Below are positions 46,852 through 56,342 of a stretch of DNA of 64,000 bases, one piece after another. The notes under the pieces were generated by a model that worked only from the letters and a program-made list of their open reading frames with translations, ran no database searches and had not been told where the DNA came from. The stretch's first letter is position 1; each line of letters starts with the position of its first letter. Made by a program: the position numbers and the translations under genes. The stretch covers positions 124,001 to 188,000 of the IMG/VR virus record IMGVR_UViG_3300027985_000918. One strand, given 5' to 3'.

Positions 46852-47642
46852 CGGTCCCTCCACTGCTCCTCGCAGCTCTCTCGCCCCCACACATCCATAC
46901 GGATGTGGTACAGCTCTCGCCGTACATCATCCGCCGAGGGGGGTCTCTTAGCCGGGTCTCGTGCAATCATCTGCTCCAACAGATCAGCCAGGGGCTCGAC
47001 CATGTCGGAAGGCACGGTTCCCTTGTGAATGTCTCCCCCGGCCAGGGCAATACCTACCTTGCCGACGGAGTAGATGTCCGACTCAGGAAGAGGTGGGAAC
47101 CCCTGCTGGAACTCAGGAGCCATGTAGCCAGGGGTTCCCCCTTTGGCCTTCGTCTTCTCATTGGGTTCTAGCGTTGCCATACCCAGGTCTACCAGGGTGA
47201 CCTGGTGATCCTCGATGTCGAGGATGGCGTTGGCCGGCTTGATGTCGCAGTGGACGATTCCGTGCCGGCGGTGCAGATAGTCCAGAGCACCCAAGACCCG
47301 ATCCAACACCCAGCAGATGTGCTCGTCCGCCACAGGACCCCGGGTTTCCAGGTGCTTGTCTAGGGGGGTCCCCGGAATGTAGCTCAGGACCATGATCTGG
47401 CCGATGTCTCCACCCACCTCGAAGTAGTCCAACAGGCTGGGGAACTGGAAGTGGCGGAGCTTCGCCAACAGCTCCGCCTCCTGGCGGAACATCCTGGTGA
47501 ACGGATCCTTGTGGGTCTTCTCCTGTTTGATGACCACAGGAAGACCCCTGCCGAGGATACAATGCCGCCCTAGATACACGTCTCCGAAAGCACCCCCTCC
47601 GAGCTTTTTACGAATCTCCCAGCTTCCGATGACGTGTCCCAT
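46848..47642 (-). CDS. Hanks-type Ser/Thr protein kinase
   Basis: LGGGAFGDVY, VIK, EAELL, HCDIKPAN, DLG, GTPGYMAPE, SDIYSVG, RPP. Confidence 0.93.
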   Translation of the reverse strand: MGHVIGSWEIRKKLGGGAFGDVYLGRHCILGRGLPVVIKQEKTHKDPFTRMFRQEAELLAKLRHFQFPSLLDYFEVGGDIGQIMVLSYIPGTPLDKHLETRGPVADEHICWVLDRVLGALDYLHRRHGIVHCDIKPANAILDIEDHQVTLVDLGMATLEPNEKTKAKGGTPGYMAPEFQQGFPPLPESDIYSVGKVGIALAGGDIHKGTVPSDMVEPLADLLEQMIARDPAKRPPSADDVRRELYHIRMDVWGRESCEEQWRDR

Positions 47643-47739
47643 CTCAACAACACTCCCCGAACAGCTTGCCCCGCACCCTGTCGTACCCGGAATGAACCCG
47701 TTCCCATCCTCCAGACGGCGGATGGCGTGGTGACTCAGC

Positions 47740-48210
47740 TCATGGAAAGGGGGACTTGTGGGATGTCCGGAAGTGGCGAGACCACAGCTCCCGGACAACT
47801 TCTGGGGGAGCATCCGTGGCGAGGCCCTGAGGCGAACAGCCCCTCCCACCCCCGTACCCGTACACATGGTACTTGCCCCAACGACCGAGGAACACACTTG
47901 CGTCCCACCAGAAATCCCAGAGGGGAGTCCCCTCAGAGTTCAGCTCCCCCGTGTCATAGTAGCAGAGTTCCACTCCACTCTTCCCCAACTCCCGAAACGG
48001 CTCAGGGGTGTCACCCCAGGAATCGGGATCGATATACACAGCCCCCTCATCCTGCATGAGCTGCCAATCTCCGGGCCAGCAGTCGTTGCCGGAGGCGGAC
48101 TTGGCGACTGCAGGGGCCATCCTGGTGAGCTGCCCCAGCAACTCACCCACCCGGGCTTCGGCCCTCTGACGGGTGGTGCGGGGTTCAGTTCCGAAAGTGA
48201 ACGTCTTCAT
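47740..48210 (-). CDS. Hypothetical protein
   Basis: ATGA-coupled to upstream gene. Confidence 0.6.
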   Translation of the reverse strand: MKTFTFGTEPRTTRQRAEARVGELLGQLTRMAPAVAKSASGNDCWPGDWQLMQDEGAVYIDPDSWGDTPEPFRELGKSGVELCYYDTGELNSEGTPLWDFWWDASVFLGRWGKYHVYGYGGGRGCSPQGLATDAPPEVVRELWSRHFRTSHKSPFP

Positions 48211-49442
48211 ACGTCGTCGCCGGTCGCTTTGCCGTAGTAGGCGGGCAAACTGGGCATAGCCTCGTAGAGGCATGACCGTAGGTAGGGGTACCCGAGATCG
48301 TCCCAAATGCGGAAATACGGGATAACATTCCCGAACTTCTCCCTTTCGTTGAGGATCTGGATACGTCTGATCTTCTCATCCTCTGGTAGGTGTTGCTCGT
48401 CGAAGCGAGCCTGGGTGTTGGGGTCCACACCTCTTTTTGCCAAGAGTTTGCTTTGGTCTGAGTTTCGCACTACGATCACGTTGCCGTTGACCAAAGAGGC
48501 CATGTCATTCTCGACCAGGAGAGCCCACTCCAGGATGATGACCCCCGCCTTGTCCGCCAACCACTCCCGCATTTTCCGGAGGACGTGAGGCTTGGTCCTC
48601 GTGTGGATCTGCTTGAGCATGTCCGGGGTGATCTCCCCGCTAGAGATCTTGGCCTTGAGCACAGCCGTGTTGACATTGTCTCCAAGGGGCATCAACACAT
48701 CCTTGCCCACGAGGTCAGCGATATCGTCCCGGACCTTCTGAGCGCCTGGCGTGTCCTCCTCGTATAGGTCACGGATGCACTTATCGAGGTTCAGGTGGTG
48801 GGCGGGGATGCCGTCGAGCCTGAGCCTCTTCTCCAGCTCCTTCGCCACCCAGGTCTTGCCTGTCGCCACCCGACCGCAGATACCAACCATGAATTGGCGA
48901 TGCAGTTTGACCTCCAAGCGATGCTTCACTCGGAGTGGCACTAGATGACCGATATCGACGTGCCGCTGGGCCATAGCCTTGACCAAACTGGAGCTGACGT
49001 GAGCCCAGTCAGGATCCGGGTGGACGAACACCACCATGTCCTTGATGCCGGGCATGATCCGGTCGTGGTGGCCCATCTGAGACTCCTCGTAAGCACGGTC
49101 ACGAGCGTCCCTCACCCCCCGAAAAATCACGTCGATCCCCTCCCGGAGGACGACGTCCACCAGAAGGTCGTTGGACCCGATGACCCGCCATCTCCCCCGA
49201 CAATCACCCGGAAGGAAAGTCGAGAGAGCATGGGTGACATGAAGCATCCTCTCGTTCATCTCTAGGAGGTACTTGCCCGCCTTATCGTCGTTGTTTCCGA
49301 CCCAGACCACCAGCTCGTCGATGACGGGTGCCCCCGGATCGTACTTCCCGAGGCACTTCCGAATGATGTGCAGGTGCCCCCGGGTCACGGGGTCTCCCGA
49401 CAAAGCGAACAATCCACGCACGGAGAACCTCCTTTCGTCCAT
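48207..49442 (-). CDS. Bifunctional phosphopantetheine adenylyltransferase / dephospho-CoA kinase (CoaD-CoaE fusion)
   Basis: SGDPVTRGH, IFRGVR..D..YE, HVSSSLVK (CoaD); VGICGRVATGKT, LDKCIR, EWALLVE (CoaE). Confidence 0.8.
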   Translation of the reverse strand: MDERRFSVRGLFALSGDPVTRGHLHIIRKCLGKYDPGAPVIDELVVWVGNNDDKAGKYLLEMNERMLHVTHALSTFLPGDCRGRWRVIGSNDLLVDVVLREGIDVIFRGVRDARDRAYEESQMGHHDRIMPGIKDMVVFVHPDPDWAHVSSSLVKAMAQRHVDIGHLVPLRVKHRLEVKLHRQFMVGICGRVATGKTWVAKELEKRLRLDGIPAHHLNLDKCIRDLYEEDTPGAQKVRDDIADLVGKDVLMPLGDNVNTAVLKAKISSGEITPDMLKQIHTRTKPHVLRKMREWLADKAGVIILEWALLVENDMASLVNGNVIVVRNSDQSKLLAKRGVDPNTQARFDEQHLPEDEKIRRIQILNEREKFGNVIPYFRIWDDLGYPYLRSCLYEAMPSLPAYYGKATGDDV

Positions 49443-49447
49443 GACCC

Positions 49448-49473
49448 CTACCCGTTTTGGGTAGCTCGTTACC
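49448..49473 (-). promoter_or_regulatory. Phage promoter motif upstream of coaD-coaE
   Basis: GGTAAC-N14-GGGTAG. Confidence 0.75.
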
Positions 49474-49513
49474 CGTCCCTCGGGGGGTATGGTCCACCAC
49501 ACAGGAGGTCCCC

Positions 49514-50488
49514 ATGAGCAACCTGCGGCTGATTTCCGGAGGTCAGAACAAAGCCCCGGGGGGGTCCCCATCCCAAATCGCCAACATCAAAGGCATCGGG
49601 ATGGCCGACTACGTCTGGCCCGCCCAGGATGGGGGGATTTATTGGAGGAAGCGTCCCGTAGTCTTGATTAAGGGTGGCACTGTTCGGGACGCCTCCGATA
49701 CAGTCCCCATCATCGAGGTGTGGACTTTCGCCACGACGCTGCCAGGGGAATCCCCGGAGGTGAATGTCCTCAACCAGTACGCCCTGAACCCCTGCTACTA
49801 CCTTCCGGATCCGACCCGGCCCGAGGGATCTTTCCTCGTGTGCTGCGAGGTTAAGACCCTTGACGGAAACCCCACCGCCTCAAACTCCAGGGCCACATTG
49901 AGGGCCACCCATGAATCCGTGGGGGGACTGCAAGACTCTCTGGACCACCGAGGTTCGGCCTGGGGTTGGATTCAGGGGTATAGCCTGATCGATGCCAAAG
50001 GCAACGAGGTGACGTTCGAGATCAGCAACGAGGTGTTCGAGCACCACTTCGGAGCTTGCATCGACGCCGGCCTCATGATCATGGCGGGGGACCCGCTCTC
50101 TCTGGGGTTCTGGTCCTACACTCTGGGAGACCGGGGTTTCCCCGAGATCCTGGAGCCGGACCTCCCGAACCCCATCATCATGGGGGATCAGGTCATCCTC
50201 TCCCGGCATCTCCTGAGCAAAATCGCTCGGGACCGAGGACTCCGAGTCCTCTGGGACAGCACCATGCTGACCTACACGGATGAGTCCCTCGCTGAGTCTG
50301 AAGACCCCCTGGAGCTTCTGGATAGAGTCGAGGGAGCGTACCCATACCGAACCTGGAACCCCAACAGCCGGGAGTTCCAGATCTCCCACATCGCCGTCAG
50401 CGTTCCCCCGAACGCTGATCCCTATCACCAGGCCGCTAAGGTGTTGGCGGCTATCCACCATAAGGGCAACAATCGTGCCGCAGAATAG
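49514..50488 (+). CDS. Glutamine synthetase type II-like protein, catalytically degenerate
   Basis: ADYVW, LNP....DP.R...FLVCCEV....P..SNSR, VFEHHFGACIDAGL, GDQVILSRHLL; the EQEY motif appears as IQGY. Confidence 0.65.
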   Translation: MSNLRLISGGQNKAPGGSPSQIANIKGIGMADYVWPAQDGGIYWRKRPVVLIKGGTVRDASDTVPIIEVWTFATTLPGESPEVNVLNQYALNPCYYLPDPTRPEGSFLVCCEVKTLDGNPTASNSRATLRATHESVGGLQDSLDHRGSAWGWIQGYSLIDAKGNEVTFEISNEVFEHHFGACIDAGLMIMAGDPLSLGFWSYTLGDRGFPEILEPDLPNPIIMGDQVILSRHLLSKIARDRGLRVLWDSTMLTYTDESLAESEDPLELLDRVEGAYPYRTWNPNSREFQISHIAVSVPPNADPYHQAAKVLAAIHHKGNNRAAE

Positions 50489-51191
50489 CAAGGTCATCAT
50501 CGTCGAAGGGCTGATCGGAAGTGGGAAGACCACCCTCACCAGAGAGTTGGGTAGAGCCCTCGGACCCAATACCCTCACCCTGTTCGAGCCGGACGAAAAG
50601 GAGGGCAAGGAAGCCAGCAATCCTTACCTGGCCTCCTTCTACGGCGACGCCCCCCGCTGGGCATTCACTATGCAGGCACACCTCCTAGCAGAGCGGTTCC
50701 GCATGCACCTGCACGCACAGTGGCACGCTTTGCAGGGCCACGGGGACGCTGTCCTGGATCGGAGCTTCTATGGTGACACCGCCTTCGCCCACCTACAGCT
50801 CCAGCTCGGCCAGATGACTCAGCATGAGTTCGACACTTACTCCCGCCTCTACCACGCCATGACAGCCTCCGTCCTGCTACCTACCGTCTGCGTGCGGGTG
50901 CTCACCAGTCCGGAGATCTGCAACGAACGGGTCTCCCGCCGGATGACGGTTGAGACCGGCCGGAAATGCGAGACCGCCATTGACCTGGACTATCTACAGG
51001 GTCTCGACCGGGAGATCGACCACATGGTCGGTGTCCTCCGTTCCCAGGGTGTGACCGTGCTCGATGTCCCCTGGGATGAATCCCGACCAAAAGAGGAGGA
51101 CCGCAAAGAAGCGGTGAGCGCCCTGGTATCCCGTATCCAAGGGGTACTCCCCTTCAACTCGTTCCTGGACACCCACCGCCGGAGGATTTGA
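50475..51191 (+). CDS. Deoxynucleoside kinase
   Basis: IVEGLIGSGKTT, EP, RWAFTMQ, VLDRSFYGD, R..R...E..IDLDYL. Confidence 0.9.
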   Translation: MPQNSKVIIVEGLIGSGKTTLTRELGRALGPNTLTLFEPDEKEGKEASNPYLASFYGDAPRWAFTMQAHLLAERFRMHLHAQWHALQGHGDAVLDRSFYGDTAFAHLQLQLGQMTQHEFDTYSRLYHAMTASVLLPTVCVRVLTSPEICNERVSRRMTVETGRKCETAIDLDYLQGLDREIDHMVGVLRSQGVTVLDVPWDESRPKEEDRKEAVSALVSRIQGVLPFNSFLDTHRRRI

Positions 51192-51321
51192 CACCACATA
51201 GGAGACGCTAACTCCTCCGTCCCACCTGCCACTAAACCCCTGTTTACCCCCAACCCCCATTGACCTCCCGTACTACGGGGGGTGCGGCCCCGATTTTGTA
51301 CTCCAACCCTGTTGCTAAAGA

Positions 51322-51457
51322 GCAGAAGTTGCGACATGCACATCGCAACTTTGCCTGGGCGTGAGAGTACTCACCCAGAGGGTGGGGCTTGGGCTCTTGG
51401 GACTTTGCGGGCGGTATAGCTGTGCCGGGTTGGGTCCGATTTCCGGACCCAACCCGG
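51322..51457. other. Cluster of inverted repeats in a 375-bp intergenic gap between convergent genes
   Basis: AAGTTGCGA/TCGCAACTT, GTGAG/CTCAC and a perfect 14-bp CCGGGTTGGGTCCG/CGGACCCAACCCGG. Confidence 0.7.
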
Positions 51458-51567
51458 TGCTTCCCCAGATTCCCCCAAACTCCCCCAACTTGCTGTTGGG
51501 GGTGGAGAATGTCCTTCGGTAGCTTCGATAGTAGCGGTAGGAACGGGGGGTTGGGGCGGGTTTGATT

Positions 51568-53478
51568 CTACAAGGGCTCGAACGTGACCCTCAGACCCTG
51601 GGCCGCAGCCATCTTGATGAGGTCGAGAGGGTTGAGGCTGGTCGTCTGGGGCTGCCTCTCCTGTGTACCCTGAAGAGTGTCCAGGGTCTTCTGGAGGATG
51701 TCCAGGCGGGTGTTCAGGCGGGTGCTCATGCTGGAGAGATCCATCCCCACCCCCACCGTCTTATTGGAAGACAGCCCCGAAATGGAAACCTCGATGGCCT
51801 TCAGTTGATCGCCCACCTCGGACATGAGCACTTCGGGGGTCAGATCCTCGGAGTTGAGGGCCTGCACCTTCTGGTTGATGTTGCGGAGCCAGGTTCGGAT
51901 GTCCGTGGCGATGTTGCGGGAGGCCTCCACCTGATCGGAGACCTGCTTGATCACCGCCGCCGAGTGACGGCTGTGGATGTCCGCCAAAGACTCGTGGGCC
52001 CCCTTCATCTCCGAGGACACCACCCGGACGATTGCATCCGTGAGGGGGGTCAGGGCGGATTGGATGGTCTCGACCAGCTTGTCTCCATACTCCAGGAGCC
52101 CGGAGCGCTGGGACTTGAGCACCCCCTCGGTGACCAGATCGGCCATCACCGAGGACAGCTCCAGCATCCGCCCCTCGACGATACGGGTCACGGCCTCGAC
52201 GAACGACTCCCCCAGGTCAGGGATCTCCGGATCGGGGACATCCTGTTCCTCGATGGTGGGCTTTTCCTCGGGCTCCGGGGAGACATCCTTCGCAGGCACC
52301 CTTTCACTCAGCTCAGCCAGCAGAGCGACCTCCTCCGGATCCGGCTCACTCGGGGCCGGAAGCTGGAACTGGCGTGAGGGCATATCCGGGGGCAGCATCT
52401 GCTTCTTGGCCTTCTCCGAGGCGAGCGCCTGGACGTACTCGTCGATAGCGGCGGTGGATGTCCACCAACGCCTTCCCGCCAAGAACCCCTTAACCAGGCC
52501 GTTCTCAAGCAGATACTTGAGATCTCCGGGACAGGATACCTCCAGAGCCTTGCAGATCTTCCCCAGGTAGAACTGGAGCTGGTTGTGGGGGGAGACCTCA
52601 CGAGCCCAGTCCCCCAACACTTCCATCCTGCCTTGCACCACGTACTCGTGGGAGATGTGGCGCCCGAACACCTCGATCCCCATCCTCTTGATGTAGGTGC
52701 TCCCAGGGTACTCTCCGGTCCCCTCCTTCCATTCCTGCCAGATTCGGCGGGCCCAGCGGCGGACCGCCTTCTTGCGGACCTCGATGTTGCTCTCCCACTC
52801 CTCTCGGAGCGCTTTGACCTCCATCTGCACCAACTCCCCCAATGTCTCCGGCCAGTGGCACTCTCCCGAAGGCTTCGACAGCTCCTTCACTTGGGCTACG
52901 AGTTCGTTGGCGGACTCCGGGGTGGTGAGAGCCGGAGAATCCTCCACGAGGGCCCGGGCGGCCGACCGGATAGTATTCCCGTCGACAACGGGGGGCATCG
53001 GGGCGGTCCTCCCAAGCTGAAACCAACGACCCAACTCGTTCTGAGAGATCTTGGTGTTGGGGCCGAACTGGGCTCGCAGAAGCCCCCGGATCTCTCCTGG
53101 GCTGGGATCCCTTCCGGCCTTCCTCTGATCCTTGATGTAGTCGACAGCCGTGGTCTGTTTGTCACTGCTGCTGGGCTGCTTCCCCGACTTGCTGGGAGGG
53201 ATGAGCCCCTCGGCTCGCAACACCGGCTCGGCTTTGGCCCAACGACGAGAGACCCTCAGCACTTTGGCCCCTACCCGAGCGGCGGCGGAGTCCAGGTTGT
53301 TGGTGTTCAAGTCGGAGCAGGCGTCACCCAACAGCACGACCACGTCAGTTTGGGAAGGGATGTCCTTGACCGCTTGACGTAGATCGAAATGCTCCAGGAT
53401 CACGTTGTGCTCTCGAAGAGCTGCCATGTAGGCCTGGTTGGCGAAGATGGCCTCTCCGCCGACAACGGTGATGTTCAT
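51568..53478 (-). CDS. Large hypothetical protein with C-terminal coiled coil
   Basis: GGAGG RBS, promoter motif at 53514-53540. Confidence 0.7.
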   Translation of the reverse strand: MNITVVGGEAIFANQAYMAALREHNVILEHFDLRQAVKDIPSQTDVVVLLGDACSDLNTNNLDSAAARVGAKVLRVSRRWAKAEPVLRAEGLIPPSKSGKQPSSSDKQTTAVDYIKDQRKAGRDPSPGEIRGLLRAQFGPNTKISQNELGRWFQLGRTAPMPPVVDGNTIRSAARALVEDSPALTTPESANELVAQVKELSKPSGECHWPETLGELVQMEVKALREEWESNIEVRKKAVRRWARRIWQEWKEGTGEYPGSTYIKRMGIEVFGRHISHEYVVQGRMEVLGDWAREVSPHNQLQFYLGKICKALEVSCPGDLKYLLENGLVKGFLAGRRWWTSTAAIDEYVQALASEKAKKQMLPPDMPSRQFQLPAPSEPDPEEVALLAELSERVPAKDVSPEPEEKPTIEEQDVPDPEIPDLGESFVEAVTRIVEGRMLELSSVMADLVTEGVLKSQRSGLLEYGDKLVETIQSALTPLTDAIVRVVSSEMKGAHESLADIHSRHSAAVIKQVSDQVEASRNIATDIRTWLRNINQKVQALNSEDLTPEVLMSEVGDQLKAIEVSISGLSSNKTVGVGMDLSSMSTRLNTRLDILQKTLDTLQGTQERQPQTTSLNPLDLIKMAAAQGLRVTFEPL

Positions 53479-53513
53479 TCGGCCTCCCTTGGGGGGGTGT
53501 ACGTTCTCAGGCA

Positions 53514-53540
53514 CTACCCTTTTTGGGCCGAGATGTTACC
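53514..53540 (-). promoter_or_regulatory. Phage promoter motif
   Basis: GGTAAC-N15-GGGTAG. Confidence 0.7.
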
Positions 53541-53562
53541 GGGGGGCCTCCCCCGCTCCTAC

Positions 53563-54051
53563 CTACACACGCTTGTTGCCATGACGGTAAGGGCGCTGGA
53601 GATTGAAGGCGTGCTTCTGGGCCATGATGGACTGCATGTCGATACCAACTCGGCCGCAGTAGTCCAGGATACGGATGACCACGTCGGCCAACTCGGTGGG
53701 GACTCCCTCGGGTTTGTCGGGCTTGCTTTCGTTGAAATAGGTCTCGGTGACATCGTGGCCGTTTCGCCACTCTTCGTAGGCCTCACTCACTTCAGAGGTG
53801 AACAGGGCGCAGAAGTCCCCGAATGTGCGGTCATCCCGGTCCCACCAACCCTTGTCCTGGGCATACTGGTGGATGACCCCCTGCCAGTCCCGGATGGTCT
53901 GGGGGTCTTGCAGCCCCACCTGCTTTTCGAGATCTCCGTACTCCTTTTCGATGGAGTCGAGAAGGCCCAGGGCGGCCCCCCGGATGTCCCCGGAATCCAC
54001 ACCGATAGCCACAGCCCGCTTGAGGCTACGAGCGGCATCCAAATCGATCAT
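53563..54051 (-). CDS. MazG-like nucleotide pyrophosphohydrolase
   Basis: KGWW, SEVSEAYE, ELADVVIRILD, K.AFN..RPYRHG. Confidence 0.88.
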   Translation of the reverse strand: MIDLDAARSLKRAVAIGVDSGDIRGAALGLLDSIEKEYGDLEKQVGLQDPQTIRDWQGVIHQYAQDKGWWDRDDRTFGDFCALFTSEVSEAYEEWRNGHDVTETYFNESKPDKPEGVPTELADVVIRILDYCGRVGIDMQSIMAQKHAFNLQRPYRHGNKRV

Positions 54052-54605
54052 ACCTTGTCTCCCTTGTGGTAGCAGGCCCGGCACCGAGCCTCGTACTGAT
54101 CAGCCCCCACCTCGACCACATTGGAAGTCCCCGATTTCCGATAGCTTCGAGTAGCGTCACCGCCGCAGATCATGCAGACGGCGTGGAGCTTCGTCACGTA
54201 GTCGGCCCTGACAATCAGATCCGCCATCGGGCCGAACGGCTTCCCGAAAGCGTCCATGTCCAGCCCAGCGACGATCACCCTCTTACCCTCATTGGCGAGA
54301 GCATCCACCACGGCCACGATGCCGGGGGAGAAGAACTGGGCTTCGTCGATGGCGACAACGTCACAGTCCTCGTAGCAGTGCCCCGAGAGTTGAGTGACAT
54401 TGTCCACGGGGATACAGGGGACCTCTCCTTTAACATGGGTGACGACAGCGTGAGTGGCATAGCGGTCGTCGATGGACGGCTTGAGCACCTTGACGGTCTG
54501 CTTGGCGTACTCGGCTCGGCGGATCCGGCGAATCAGCTCTTCGGTCTTGCCGGAGAACATGCAGCCGCAGATTACCTCGACCTGTCCCTTGACGTTTCGT
54601 GGCAT
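54048..54605 (-). CDS. tdk: Thymidine kinase
   Basis: GCMFSGKTEEL, KPSIDDRY, IDEAQFF, AGLDMD, CxxC...Y...CRAC. Confidence 0.95.
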   Translation of the reverse strand: MPRNVKGQVEVICGCMFSGKTEELIRRIRRAEYAKQTVKVLKPSIDDRYATHAVVTHVKGEVPCIPVDNVTQLSGHCYEDCDVVAIDEAQFFSPGIVAVVDALANEGKRVIVAGLDMDAFGKPFGPMADLIVRADYVTKLHAVCMICGGDATRSYRKSGTSNVVEVGADQYEARCRACYHKGDKV

Positions 54606-54677
54606 GTGGCCCTCCTGGTGTTTTGCCAGGGGGACCTTACCCTTAATGGACCTGCCAGATACGGGGGTCCTGCTCGT

Positions 54678-55178
54678 TTAGGATCTCCCCCAGCGTACAG
54701 GATCCGGGTGGAGGTAGTCGTGCGTGCAGTTCCCCCGGGATAGGTACACGGCAGCGAGCCTCTTGCGGGCCTCAACTCCCCGGGGGTCATACACCAGGGG
54801 GACCAGCTTTTTGCGCCAGGACCGGAGCTTCTGCCCAAGGTCCCGGATGGCGTAACTGTCCTGGGCGTCTGCCACCGCCATGATGGCTTGGCGAGCCACC
54901 TCAGCCAGGGCGGCGGGGAGTCCCCCGTACAGGTTCCCCGTGTCCAGGGCCTGGGCTTCTTCTGCGAATGCCTCAATGGTTAGCAGGTGCTTGCGGATGC
55001 AGTCACTGCAGTAGTGGTGCTGGAGATGGTCTTCCAACAACAAGAGCTGCTTGGCGATCTCACGGAGATTAAACGCCGGGTGCATCAAGTTAAGGCGGTC
55101 CCCGCTCGCCCTCCGGAACTGGTGGGCGGCGAGGCGTCTCTCAGTCTGGTGATTTCGGGGCACGGCGGCGTCCTCCAC
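54678..55178 (-). CDS. Hypothetical protein
   Basis: H..C.DCIRKH pattern; start 55178 or 55163. Confidence 0.6.
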   Translation of the reverse strand: MEDAAVPRNHQTERRLAAHQFRRASGDRLNLMHPAFNLREIAKQLLLLEDHLQHHYCSDCIRKHLLTIEAFAEEAQALDTGNLYGGLPAALAEVARQAIMAVADAQDSYAIRDLGQKLRSWRKKLVPLVYDPRGVEARKRLAAVYLSRGNCTHDYLHPDPVRWGRS

Positions 55179-55211
55179 AAGGGTCCCACCCTGAGCAAGG
55201 GGATAGGAGGA

Positions 55212-55841
55212 CTACCGTTTGAGGCCTTCGGCCACTGCCTGAGCGGCTTCCACCTGGTCAACCTTGCGGATCCGCTCAGCTCCCTGTTCGAGGTTGTGCA
55301 GCATCTTCTTCCGGACGGAGTCCAGCTTCATGTTCCCCTCTGCGGTCATCAATCCGGTGTCCCGGTCCTGGCGCCGACTTGTCAGCCCCAAAGCCCCCGG
55401 TTTGATGGCTTTGACCAGTTCGGGGTCCATCGACTTGATGGCGATGTCCCACTGCCACTCGACGAACGTGCTGCCGTCGATCAGGATAGGGGGTGTGATG
55501 GCTTTCATCTCCCGGAAGAGCGTCATCCCTGCCCGAGTCCTCAGCTCCATGTCCAGGTAGCTCAGGGGTCGGGAGACAGCAGTACCCTCGAAGTCGATGC
55601 GGAACCGGATGCCAACTCGGTGGTCCCCAGCGATGATGTCGGGGTGCTCCAGCACCCCCCAGCCGTGGGCAACCACCTCCAGGTCATCCGTCTCGATGAG
55701 ACGGTGGATAACCTCCTGCTCATCCTCCGACATGGGGACGTACAGCCCATGAGGGTTCAGCCCTCCAAAAGGGTTTTTGCCGTCCAACATGGGTAGAGGG
55801 TTGAACTGCCCGTGTTGGGGGGTCCACTTTTTGCCGTTCAT
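55212..55841 (-). CDS. Hypothetical protein
   Basis: ATGA-coupled to upstream gene. Confidence 0.65.
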   Translation of the reverse strand: MNGKKWTPQHGQFNPLPMLDGKNPFGGLNPHGLYVPMSEDEQEVIHRLIETDDLEVVAHGWGVLEHPDIIAGDHRVGIRFRIDFEGTAVSRPLSYLDMELRTRAGMTLFREMKAITPPILIDGSTFVEWQWDIAIKSMDPELVKAIKPGALGLTSRRQDRDTGLMTAEGNMKLDSVRKKMLHNLEQGAERIRKVDQVEAAQAVAEGLKR

Positions 55842-56335
55842 CCGCACACCTTCACATGGCAAGCTCGGGGGCGACCCTGACGGGTGCCGCCGTAGAACAT
55901 GATAGCCTGGCCCACAGTTGGGATGCGCCCATCCAAGATCTCGGACTTGTGCAGATGGTAGCTCAAGCCGTCGTCCCCTTTGGCAAACCCATACCCTCGA
56001 TGGCCGTCGAACGTGTCCACCTTCCCCTGGATGACCCGGATGGGTTCCAGCCGGGTGACCAGGTCGGCCCGAGGGGCCTTCCCAGGATCTACGGAGGACA
56101 GGTCCACTTCGACATCCACCAGCTCCCCCAAGATGGGGGGAGGGGTTGAGTTCACCCAGGAACAGCCCTCAGAGGGACAGTGCATGCAACGCTGCTCCCC
56201 CTCGGCCTTCCCCGAACGGAAAGACCCAAGGTGGAAGAACACCTCCTGACCAGTCTCCGGGTGCTTACAGAACCCGAACAACTTCGAGGGGATGTACTTG
56301 TGGACCCGCATCTTTACGGTCTGTGACACGGGCAT
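55838..56335 (-). CDS. Tandem cold-shock (CSD/OB) domain protein with Cys-rich insert
   Basis: KLFGF...VFFH and GKV..F...GYGF......YHLH RNP motifs. Confidence 0.75.
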   Translation of the reverse strand: MPVSQTVKMRVHKYIPSKLFGFCKHPETGQEVFFHLGSFRSGKAEGEQRCMHCPSEGCSWVNSTPPPILGELVDVEVDLSSVDPGKAPRADLVTRLEPIRVIQGKVDTFDGHRGYGFAKGDDGLSYHLHKSEILDGRIPTVGQAIMFYGGTRQGRPRACHVKVCG

Positions 56336-56342
56336 CCCTCCG

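Noticed and set aside
44956-47028. Long antisense ORFs (690 aa here; also 11623-12855, 23829-25217, 31829-33187, 6116-7429)
   Set aside because: They shadow well-supported genes on the other strand, an expected artefact of high GC3; no RBS, motifs or promoters
48207-49442. NadR-type NMNAT-kinase interpretation
   Set aside because: RGVR..D..YE and VSSSLVK match CoaD and the kinase matches CoaE; an assay would still be needed to exclude it fully
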